Virus record (IMG/VR): IMGVR_UViG_3300023180_006024
Direction: 5' to 3' (one strand)
Source: a virus
Length of the DNA: 64,000 nt
Part shown: piece after piece, positions 9,267 to 20,300 of the stretch
Layout of the letters: each line of letters begins with the position of its first letter
Numbering within the stretch: the stretch's first letter is position 1
The notes under the pieces: model-generated
Database searches by the model: none
The model's input: the letters and a program-made list of their open reading frames with translations, nothing else
Told to the model about the DNA's origin: nothing
Made by a program: the position numbers and the translations under genes

Positions 9267-11285
9267 TTATGGTATTTCATAACTATGAACATAACCAGCT
9301 TGATCTCTTAATATCATAGCCGTTCCTGTTGAATTTACATCCATTCCAGTTACAGCACTAATGTACCATGGAAGTGTAAATGTTCCGGTTATTGATGCAC
9401 TGTTACTACGAAACGGAGTTGGAAGTGAAATTTCGTAAATAATAGCTCTATCAACTAAACGTGTTTGAGTATACCTTGCGTTATAAGCCACCCAAACTTT
9501 ATCTCCTTCAGGAGACATAGCAAAACATCTTGCAAAGTATGACGCAGATGCCTTTCCTGTTATATTTGACAAGTTTAAAGAACTATAAAAACTTGCAGCA
9601 CTAGGACTACTGATTACGCTGCTTGTTCCTCTGCTGAATACTAGTGTTTGTGCAGTAGTGTTCCATTGTAAATATGCATGATAGATATATGGATACGTTG
9701 GTAGATACGTTGGGCTGTATGCTTGAAAATGTTGTACTTGAAAATCTGTAGTTACTGTGCTACCAATGGTTCTACTAGCATAACTATTACTTACACCATT
9801 AGCAATAGTTCCTGCTGAGTTTAACCTTCTATACATCAAAACATAGGTACCATTATAGTTAATAACTTGTGATATACCTATACTTGATTGCGGATGCATT
9901 TTCATGCTCATAACATTTTGAGGTGTACTTGAACTAAAATAAAAAGGCATTGCAGCAGTATGTGCCCAAGATCCAGAAGCTTGACTTGAGTTAATACTTG
10001 AAAAGTCGTAAGCAGTAGGCATGTCTTGTTCAATATATTCACGATTAATTATAGATAAAAAGGATGTTCCGTTTAGATTCCAACATACGCCACCTTCCAT
10101 AAGACCGTTATTGGTAGCATTAAGACCAGTATATTGCAACTCAGCTTGATCATCAAAATGCCACAAACTTAAATGTGCACCACTGTGTCTATTTGGTTTT
10201 GTGGTTTTAGTACTCCATGTTGACAAGTCCCATGCTGTGCTAAGTTCGTATGCAGTTATATATCCATTGTAGGTTCCAGGACCTCCGGCAACTAACTGTG
10301 TTCCATTTGGGGCAAATGCAACTGGTGCAATTCTTCCATATGTTGGAAGATCTGGGCCTCCAGTTTGTGTAGTAGTAGTACTGGGTTTCCAGTCAAACCA
10401 AGCTGTTCCACTATGAGTTTTCATGTCCATTGTTTTACCAGCAATGTAATATGCCCAAAAATGAAAACCATCGTCAGCAAAGCCACCTCTATAAAATGCT
10501 GTGCTTGTATTGTCAACTAATCCTACTAGATTTGGAAAACTTCCATCATATAATCCAGCAAATGTATAAGGTGTTCCCCCTGGCATTGTTCTATAGATTT
10601 CCCAGGAGCATTCTCCTGTAGATTTTTCACCCATGTAACAGAACATATAGCCACCATCTCTCCAAGCAATACCATTTCTTCCAGAATATCCTGAGTTTCG
10701 TTGTTGGTCTGTAAATGTTTCATCCGGTGTTGCACTAGCAGTACTAGTATCAAACGGTGTTGTACAAGTTCTAATAATAGCACCTTCGATGCCAAAGCCC
10801 AATGTGGTATTATGTTGTGTCAAAACTTTTGTACCGTCGGAGTTAAAGTCGATTTGATTTGCGCCTTTGTTAGTAGGTTCGTCTATATAAATGTCTGGAA
10901 CACCGTCACCTACTAAACTGGTTAAATCGTATGGATTTGGAATATTCCAAATAGCAGTCATTTCGCTACCAGAACTGCTTTGCCAAGCAACAGCAAGTTT
11001 TGATCCTCCATCTACCCACTGAGCATTGTAACTAGCACTTGTACCAGTGTACAGATAAGGAACTGGTTTGTTTGTTAATCCTCCACCCGGAACCAAAGAA
11101 GAAACAATCCAGTTATTACCACTAGTTGTAAGTCCGCCAAATGTTGCACTTAGAAATATAGTTGAACCAACTGAAATACCTAAATATGATCCTAAAACGC
11201 TCATTACAATAGGTGTACCGCTTGCACCAAAATAGTTGCGTACTTCTGTCATTGTTATTTGAGAGCCGGTAGGGGGTAATGCCAT
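9267..11285 (-). CDS. Putative receptor-binding adhesin (gp38-like N-terminus plus beta-propeller-like repeats)
   Basis: N-terminus MALPPTGSQITMTEVRNYFG is typical of proteins after S74-chaperone fibres. Repeated blades (YELSTAWDLST, IPNPYDLTS, CTTPFDTST, MPTAYDFSS). Lies directly downstream of the giant fibre. Confidence 0.6.
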   Translation of the reverse strand: MALPPTGSQITMTEVRNYFGASGTPIVMSVLGSYLGISVGSTIFLSATFGGLTTSGNNWIVSSLVPGGGLTNKPVPYLYTGTSASYNAQWVDGGSKLAVAWQSSSGSEMTAIWNIPNPYDLTSLVGDGVPDIYIDEPTNKGANQIDFNSDGTKVLTQHNTTLGFGIEGAIIRTCTTPFDTSTASATPDETFTDQQRNSGYSGRNGIAWRDGGYMFCYMGEKSTGECSWEIYRTMPGGTPYTFAGLYDGSFPNLVGLVDNTSTAFYRGGFADDGFHFWAYYIAGKTMDMKTHSGTAWFDWKPSTTTTQTGGPDLPTYGRIAPVAFAPNGTQLVAGGPGTYNGYITAYELSTAWDLSTWSTKTTKPNRHSGAHLSLWHFDDQAELQYTGLNATNNGLMEGGVCWNLNGTSFLSIINREYIEQDMPTAYDFSSINSSQASGSWAHTAAMPFYFSSSTPQNVMSMKMHPQSSIGISQVINYNGTYVLMYRRLNSAGTIANGVSNSYASRTIGSTVTTDFQVQHFQAYSPTYLPTYPYIYHAYLQWNTTAQTLVFSRGTSSVISSPSAASFYSSLNLSNITGKASASYFARCFAMSPEGDKVWVAYNARYTQTRLVDRAIIYEISLPTPFRSNSASITGTFTLPWYISAVTGMDVNSTGTAMILRDQAGYVHSYEIP

Positions 11286-11308
11286 TTATAAATTGTCCTA
11301 TTTTACTT

Positions 11309-11337
11309 ATTTTAACAAAAAGAATCTAAGATGTCAA
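11309..11337 (-). promoter_or_regulatory. Sigma70-like promoter upstream of the adhesin
   Basis: TTGACA-N17-TAAAAT on the minus strand. Confidence 0.65.
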
Positions 11338-11339
11338 CA

Positions 11340-11362
11340 AGTAAGGGCTTGATGCCCTTACT
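11340..11362 (-). terminator. Hairpin right after the giant fibre stop (terminator or processing stem)
   Basis: AGTAAGGGC-ttgat-GCCCTTACT, a perfect 9-bp stem with a weak U tract. Confidence 0.55.
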
Positions 11363-14300
11363 CTATTTATCTATCAACTTCTTGACCATTTCTTTAAGTT
11401 GATCTATTTCTTCCTGTTGTTCTTTTATAGCTTCGATTAAAAGAGGAACCATCTTTTCATACTTAACTGTTAAGTAATCCTCTCCTGATTTACTTCCAAT
11501 GTCGTCACCAGTCTGTTCATCACGTAGTCTATCAAACGGTGCATAATCAACTGCTTGTGGTAATACTTTTTGAACTTGTTGTGCAAGTACACCTGCATCG
11601 TTGACTTTTATAGTTGGATTAAATCCTAGTTCTTCTACTTCATCAATCCAATCATAATGCACACCTTGTAGTTGCTTAACTTTATCAATTGCATTTTCAA
11701 TAGGACGAATATTTGTTTTCAATCTTTCATCTGATGAATATGCTGTTACTTCGCCTGTTGCTGTAAACGATGCCGAAACATCAACAGTAGTATTGTTACA
11801 AGTTAGTCGAGTACCACCATTGTAATACAATCTAAAGTAACTGTTTCTTACAGCTAAGAAGTGTGCCTCGTTATCAACATCGTTATATAGATATGTGCTT
11901 GAGCTACCATCGTGCATTAACACAATGCGTCCGTCAATGCTAAGACCTTCCCAGCCGTTTACGCCGGAACCACTTGTTTGTATAGTACCATACTGTCCTG
12001 TAACATCGGTAATACCTCTAGTGCTGTCAACCCTAATAATACCGTCTGCACGTAAGTTACCTGGTGTGTATATACCGTTTGTAAACTCACTAGCATTATT
12101 CATACGCAACCAACCGTCATCAAAATCTGCACTCAATGCTGTTCTACTGTTAAACGCAATACCTCTATTATCGCTTGTGCTATTACCAGTAAAATCAATG
12201 ATATCGTCGCTTGTGCTTGAATAATCATAAGTTCCGCTTGCAGTATCATTTGCATCACTGCGTATAAACGACCCACTATCAATACCATCTATAGTGTCAG
12301 CATCAAGTCCTGAACCTGATCCATCGTTGCCAGAGTGCCAAACAGTATGTGCTGTTGCAGTGCCATTGTCATAAAACTTAAGACCATTAATACCGCTGCC
12401 AATATCAAGTCTTTCGCCTGTAGCATCTGATGCTAATCTTAATGTGCCGCCGTTTACATATTGCATGTAAGCACGTCTTGTTGTACCTTGATACCATCCA
12501 ATATAAGGAGAGTTGTTTGTTGTAGGAGCAACAATCTTAAATACTTCTCCGTCTCTTTGGAAAGTTATCTGTCCAGTTGCAGTGTCATTTGCATCACTAC
12601 GTAAGAAACTAGCACCTTGAATACCATCAACAGTATCAGCATCAACGCTTGTAAGTCCACTACCATTACCAGTAAATGTGTTTGTACCAATATTAACATC
12701 GCCAAAGTTGCTGGTAATACTACCTGCATCTAATGCACCTGTACCAGTAATGCCTGTGTAACTTCCACTTATTCTTGCGTTAGGCACTGTACCTGATCCA
12801 AGATTATCTGCATTAAGAGATGTAATACCACTACCACTACCTGTTATACTTCCAGTAACACTTAGGTTATTAGAAACGGTAGTTGTAGTATTGTTTACTT
12901 CTAGTCTCTCTACACCTGCTGTAACAACACGCCATTGATCGGTTGCATGGAACTGAATATAGTTGTTGCTATCACCTGTGTGGTAGATTCTATCAGCAAG
13001 TGCAATATCTTCAACACCTGTAATCACATTGCCATTCAAGTTTGTAGCACCAAGACTTACACTACCGGTTGCAGTCAAGTTACTTGTACCTATATCAATA
13101 TTTCCAAATCCGCTTGTTATAGACCCGCTTCCAAGTGCACCAGTTCCTGTAATACTTGATTGGTGTTGTGTAATACTGGTAGCAGCAATTCTGCCATCTG
13201 GTACAGTACCGCTTGTAAGTTGGCTTGCATTAAGTGCAGTCAAGTTTGTACCAACACCACTAAAGCCTGTTGTGCCACTAAATGTAAATGTTGTGGTATT
13301 TACGCTCAAGTTTACACCAGGTACACTAAACAAATCGTTGCTTGCATTACCAATAATAATAGCATTACTTGTAGTATTTGCTGCTGTTTCAACGTTATAA
13401 CCAATAAGAACGTTATTACTACCAGTTGTTAATGTATCGCCTGTGAATGCACCAATAGCAACGTTATTATCTCCAGTTACAAGTTCAAGTGCTTCAATAC
13501 CAACACTAGTGTTATAATCACCAGCAGTACTGTTTGATTGCGAACTTTTACCTATTGCTGTGTTACCTGCACCTGCATTAGTTCTTTGCTCCATTGCATT
13601 TGCACCAACTGCTGTGTTGTTGCTCACAGTTGTTACAGCGTTTAATGCATTGTAGCCTAGTGCAGTATTTCTGTCACCTGTTAGTCCTCCTGCAAATGTA
13701 GCATCACCAATACCTGTGTTAAACTGTGCACCCGTACCAATGCTGCCGCCTTCACCAAACACCAAGTTTGTTGCTTCGCCTTGATTGCCTCTACCAATCC
13801 TATGACCATTTACAGTAATATCGCTTGTAAATGTTTTACCTGCTTGACTAGTTGGCAATCTAGCATCGTTTACAGTTCCACTTGACAAGTTAGTTGCATT
13901 AAGTGCTGTAATATTTGCACCATTACCGTAGAATCCTGATCCTGTGTAAATCTTTTTAGCAACACCTAAACCGCCGCCAACACGCACAGCACCACTAGTA
14001 CTATTGCTTGCATCACTAGTATCACTAAATGTTTTTACACCTGCCATTGTTTGGTTACCGCCTAGGCGTGTACCTTGTACAGTACCTGATGTTAGCTGAC
14101 TTGCATTTAAATCTGTAAGTCCGCTGCCATTACCAGTAAATGTGCTTGTACCGATGTTGATGTTTCCAAAACCAGTTGTGATACTACCGCTATTAAGTGC
14201 ACCAGTACCTGTAATACTTGCTTGGTGTTGAGTTACGTTACTAACAGCAATACGAGCATCAGCTAGTGTACCACTATCAATATTAGATGCTGCAATGCTA

Positions 14301-17300
14301 CCTGTAAAGCTGGCACCATGTACTGCACCACCTACACCTAGTCCGCCTGTTATGACAAGCGCACCTGTGCTTGTACTAGTAGCACTAGTGTTATTTGTAA
14401 CGGTTGTTAATCCACTTGCTGTAAGAGTTGTAAATGCACCAGTTGAAGGTGTTGTTCCTCCGATTGGAACATTGTCGATAGCAGGTATAGTTAATGTTCC
14501 TGAAATACCAACATTGCCTGCGACACTTATATCATCTGCAAAACTAACAGTGCTTGTTGCGGCGCCAACATTGATTGTAGCTGCGCCTCCTCCAAAGTTT
14601 ACTGTTGTAGCATTTGTGTTTAGTAAGTTAAATGATGTTTGGTTTGTTGTAATATCGCCACCGTCAACATTTAAATCGCCATCAACATCAAGATCGTTGT
14701 TAACACTTGTAGTACCTGTTGCAGCACCAATGTCAACTGCTGTAGCTGCACCAAATGCATTCACTGTAGTTGCATTTGTATTCAACAAGTTAAATGTTGT
14801 TTGGTTTGTTGTGATATCGCCACCGTCGACATTTAAATCAAGATCAACATCTAAGTTATTGTTAATACTTGTAGTGCCAGTTGATGCACCGATGTCTATA
14901 GCAGTTGCACTACCACCAAAGTTGATTGTAGTAGCTGTGTCATCAAACAATGCCATTGTGGTGCTTGCTGCCTCAATGCCAGTTGTAAACTCAGGAGATG
15001 TAGCAAAAACTGCTGCACCTGTTCCTGTTTCGTCACTTAACACGCTTGCAAGTTGCGCACTAGTTGTTGCAGCGAACTGATTCAATCCTGTTTCAGTTCT
15101 TGCTAATGTACCGCTTGTTGGAAGTGTTACACTTGTATTACCTGTTGTTGTAAGTCCAAGAGTGTGAGCACCAGTGTGTGTAAAGCTACCTCCTAGTGTG
15201 ATAGTTTTACTACCATTGTTTACACCTGTACCACCGTAAGTTGGATTAATGACTGTAGCTTGCCATGTACCTGTGTTAACAGTACCTAGTTGTTGTAAAC
15301 TACTATTTACAACATTAGTACCAAGTGTTGTTGACGTTAAAACATTATTGCCATTTATACGATATGCTTTTGCACTTGCAAGTTCAAAGTTTTCACTGCT
15401 TGTCCAACTATCAGTAGCATCTACCCAGTTAATAGTTTTATCAGTTGTTCCTTTTAAGGTAATACCACCACCGTCTGCTGTAACATCAGTTGGTGTTGCA
15501 ACATTGCCAAGTTCGATATTTTTATCTTCAACAATAAGTGTTGCACTATCAACTGTGGTTGTTGTACCATTAACTGTAAGATTTCCTGTTATTTCAACGT
15601 CACCTGCAATGTTTGTATTACCTGTAGTATACGCCATTGTTACTTTATTCAAGCCGTCGCCAAAGTTAAAGTTACCATCTTGATCAACTTGCATACGTCG
15701 AGTACCGGCTGTGTAGAAGTCTAAGTCGTCATTGTCAGTACCTGATGTTGTTTCGGCCACAATGTAAGTATCTTGGTCAACGTCGATTACACCGCCTAAA
15801 CCACTCCAGTTTGTTCCATCATATCCTTCAAATTGTCCGTCTGTTGAGTTGTAACGAACTTGACCTTGTGCTGCTGTAGGTCTTTCAGCAGTTGTACCAA
15901 CTGGAAGTTTTACAGCACTTGTATCACTAAAGTTTGTGTATCCAGTTACTGTAACATCGCCTTCGGTATCAATGGTCATTCTTGTTGTTGATGTTTGTAA
16001 TGTTTCTCCACTAGTACCTGTTTGACCAGTTTTGATTATAACACTACCTCCAGTTGCATTACCTGTGCTTAATCCGCCTTGTATAGTGATATCGCCGCCG
16101 GCAATGTTTGTTCCTAGACCGTTTTCGCCTCTAATAACTGCACTCGAAGTACTTGCACTAGCTTCTGCACTACCAAAGATAACATCTCTATTTCTAATAA
16201 CCATTGTATTATCTTTAGAAATAGTACCTTGCACTACTACATTGGCAGCAGTCACATTTGCAGCAGTTCTAACTGTAAATGATGTTGCATCAATAGTTGC
16301 GCCACTTACTGGCCATGTACCATCTAAGTTTGTGACATTACTTCCAGAAATAATAATAGAATCGCCTGCACGGACACCAAGTGTTTCAGGTGTATAAGTA
16401 AATGTTATTTCTGTTGATGTTAATACAGTACCTGTGGTTTCTGCACTCAAAAATACTTCAGTTTCGGTTACACCAGTAACAGTTGTGTTAGCAGGAATAC
16501 TTCCGCTTCCTGTTACTGTCATACCATATTTTACACCAGTAGTGTCTGTAAATACCAAAGTTTTTTCAGCATTAGCAGTTGCTTCACTAGTATCTAAAGC
16601 AATACTTGCTAGGTTTACAACAACGTCTTGAGATGCTGTTGCTTCATAATCTAGAGCAAAACTTGTAATATCTCTCGTGTCGCTAGACTTACCTATTTTT
16701 ACATTGTGTGCATCGCCTCCAAGTTCTAAAGTCGTAACATTAGTATTATAAACTTGACCTAGAGCATCGCTTGAAGAGCTAAGTTTAGCTGAACCAACGT
16801 CTAGTCCTTCAGCAAGGTCAAGTGCTGTACCCCACTCAGGTGTACTACCGTTTGACTTTAAGAAAGTATTTGCACGACCGATGTTCAAAGTATTTAATGT
16901 ACCTGACGATTGTGCATAAAGTATATCACCTTGTGCATAGGTTGTTATAGCTGTGCCACCTCTATCAACAGGAACTGCACTTGTTAAGTTAGCAGGGTTT
17001 AAGAAGTATGCACTATCAAGTCCGTCAAGTGTACCAGCATCAACAATACCATCTTTAATGAATACTTCACCACTACCGTTTGAGTTAACATCAAACTGTG
17101 TTTGCAAGAAACGACTTACACCTAGTGTACTAAATGTACCTCCAGCATCATAGTCGGCATTTGCAATACCAATATTTACTGGATCACCATAATACTCACC
17201 TGCTGTGTTTAAACCAGTAAGAGTAATAGGGTTATCTGTTGTATTAGCTTTTTTCAAGGTTTGAACAACAACCTTGTATTCACTGTTACCAAACAATGCT

Positions 17301-20300
17301 GTCTCAGTATTAGCAACCCCACTTGCACCAAGTCTACTTGGAGATATTGTTCCAGAAATAATATTTTCTGCGTCAATGTTTGTAACAGCAAGAGTGTTCC
17401 AGTTTGCAATCAATCTACTTGAGGTGTTAACAATAGCATTTACTTGAACATTATTTCTAATAACTCTTGCACTACCTACACCATTAGTGCCAATATCTCT
17501 AGCGTTTGTAACTAGTCCATTGATACTGCTTAGTGCGTCTGAACGTAGAGCATGAATAGTAAATGAGTTAAGTGTGACACTTCCTACAAAGAATCTTGCA
17601 CCACTTGCAATCTCTGTGCCATTCACAGTTGGCAATGCGTTGCTAGTTGAACCATCTTCCAGTGATACAAGTCTTATAGCATCACCTGTTGTAAATCCAT
17701 GACCTACTACGACAACACTGTTATCAGTTAAGTTTACAGTGTATCTAGTAAAGTTGTGGTTGTTGTTAGCAGGTGTACTTAAGAAAGTTATCTGAGTATT
17801 TAAACTAAAGTCGTCATATACCTCAAAGGTGTCATCATCAACAACTTTAATATAATAAACATTACCGTTTAACAATCCGCCGATTGCAACATTTCCTAAT
17901 GTATCATATGTTACTGGATCGCCATTTGAAAATCCGTGAGCTGTGACACTTACTCTACTATCTGTATAGTTTACTGCACCGCCGCCGCCTGTTGTACCAG
18001 CTAGGAAGTTATGACTAATAGTGTCATCAAAGTTAATATCATTAGAATTTTGCACTGCTGTATTATCTTCAACAAAGTCAATACTCGATGCACTAGCAAC
18101 AAATAGTTCGCCTCCTAAGATGTCTACATACGCTCTATCTTCAATAGCAGATATTTCAATCTGGAATCCACTTCCTGTGCCGCCAATGTCACTAGCATTT
18201 GCACCTAACAAATCACCTGCCACATATCCTGTACCACCTCTTGTTAAGTCAACATCGGTAACAGCACCAGCCTGCACTGTGATGTTGGCTTTTGCACCTG
18301 TACCAGATCCAGTAACGCTTGTCATACTTACATTTTCGTATATTACCGATCCAGTTGTAGGAGTGTACAAGCTACCAGTTGTAATGTTAGCGTTATCTAC
18401 ACTTGCTGCAATACCTTCACGTAACTCTGTAACAGCACCTTGGGCGTTACCATCAGCACTTGTTACAATAGTATTTGCAGTACCAGTTACTGATTTTGAA
18501 GCTTCGTCGTCGCCTGTGTTTGCAATAGTAAATGTTGTTGTAGTAGGAACACTTAAAACCAAACCGTTTTGGTTATAGGTAGAATCGCCATCAACTGCAA
18601 CTTTTACGTTGTTGTCCACATTAATATTATGTGCTCCGCTAGTTGTTATAGTCGCAATATTTCCACTTCTACTTACATCTGTAATAGTTGCAATAGTAAA
18701 TGTATAAGTATCGTCGCTATCAAGTATTAAATACTGGCTACTGTTACTGCTACGTAAGAAGTAGTTATCAATAATTTCACTACTTACACCTTTTGAAGTA
18801 ATATTTACTCCGCTGTCTACGCCATTTACATAGATATTTCCAGCACTTACTTCCCAAGGATCGCCAGTGCTATCATCTGTTTTATCCCATGCTTCTCCGA
18901 TTGTAGCAACAAGAATATTAGTACTGAGAGAAAAATCACCTTTAGCATAAGCAGTTGCACCAGTTACTCCTGGTTGTGTAATAGTATCGCCGTCGCTTGC
19001 TGTAATAGTTCCAGATAAGTTAAGTTCTACCTGTTCGTATTCTTCAGTACCAATGTCACCAGCTTTCAAGTCAACTGCCGGAATATCTTCAATTTGTTCT
19101 AATCTAGATCGATATCCTTTGGTATTTGTGTTTGTAAACTGTCTAGTAGCAGGAATCAAGTCTGCGTTAAGCTGACCGTTAACATTGAGCTGTACAATAG
19201 CACCCGGAACAGCAGCAGAACTAACTGTCTTGTCAATAAAACCACCTAGTCTGTTTGACAAGAAGCTTCTAACAGCAAGCTGAGTACTCAAACGATTGTT
19301 GCTTGCGCCGCCTATTTCGTCATCACCTAAGTTAACATCAGTTGATATTTCTTCAATAGCAACATCACTAACACTAAGTTTCAAAGCGTCAAGTTCATCA
19401 ACCTGCACTTTGTTTCTAAAGGTAATGTTACCAGTTCTGTTGAACGCTGTAATAAAGTCACCAACTTTAAAGTCACCAAGTTCGTTTGTACCCGATGAGT
19501 AGCAACGTCCTGGCAGTTCTTCAAACTGTTCGTATTCTTCTCTTGTATTACCGCCGTTTTGTGGTAGAGCGTTGTAGTCTGTACCCGAACCTGCATATTC
19601 CCAAGTGTGTGCAGAACTGTTAACAATACTAGGTCTGTGGAACCAAAGTTGCTTCTCTGGAAGGTTGATAGTGTTTGTAACACTACTACTTCCGTCTGTA
19701 GCAGTGATGCTAAATGTTGCTGTACTCAAACCACGTTTAGTGGAAACTTCGTTTACACCAATATTTGTGTTAGGTGTGCCACTATGGTCTTCTGTAATAG
19801 TGCTAGTTGCATCAAACTGAATACGTAATGTGCTTGAGCCGACTGTAACTTCTTCAATACTTACAACAAGTAAGCGATCTGCAGGAATCCAACTTGCTAC
19901 AATAGCACTGTTATTGTTAGCACCTGTTGAACCTGTGATTGCTCTTCCTGGCACAAAGTTATAACTTTCTGCACCAGATTCTAGTTCAAGAGTTTGGTAT
20001 GTTGTATGACTTGACAATACTTCTTCAACAAAAAACTCAATAATATTACTTTTGAATATATGGTTTCCTGTGTTACTAAAGTTACTAAAGATTGTTACTT
20101 CAAACTCGCCACCGTCGTCATATGCAAGTGTAAATTCATCTTCGTTAATAATATTCACATAGTAAGTTTGTTCATCATCTAAACCACCAATAATAGTATT
20201 GCCATTGGCACTATAAACAACTTTTTGTAGATTTGTAAATCCGTGTCCTACTATTGTAAATATACCTGTAGCAACATCTAAAGCTGTTGCTGCATCAAAT

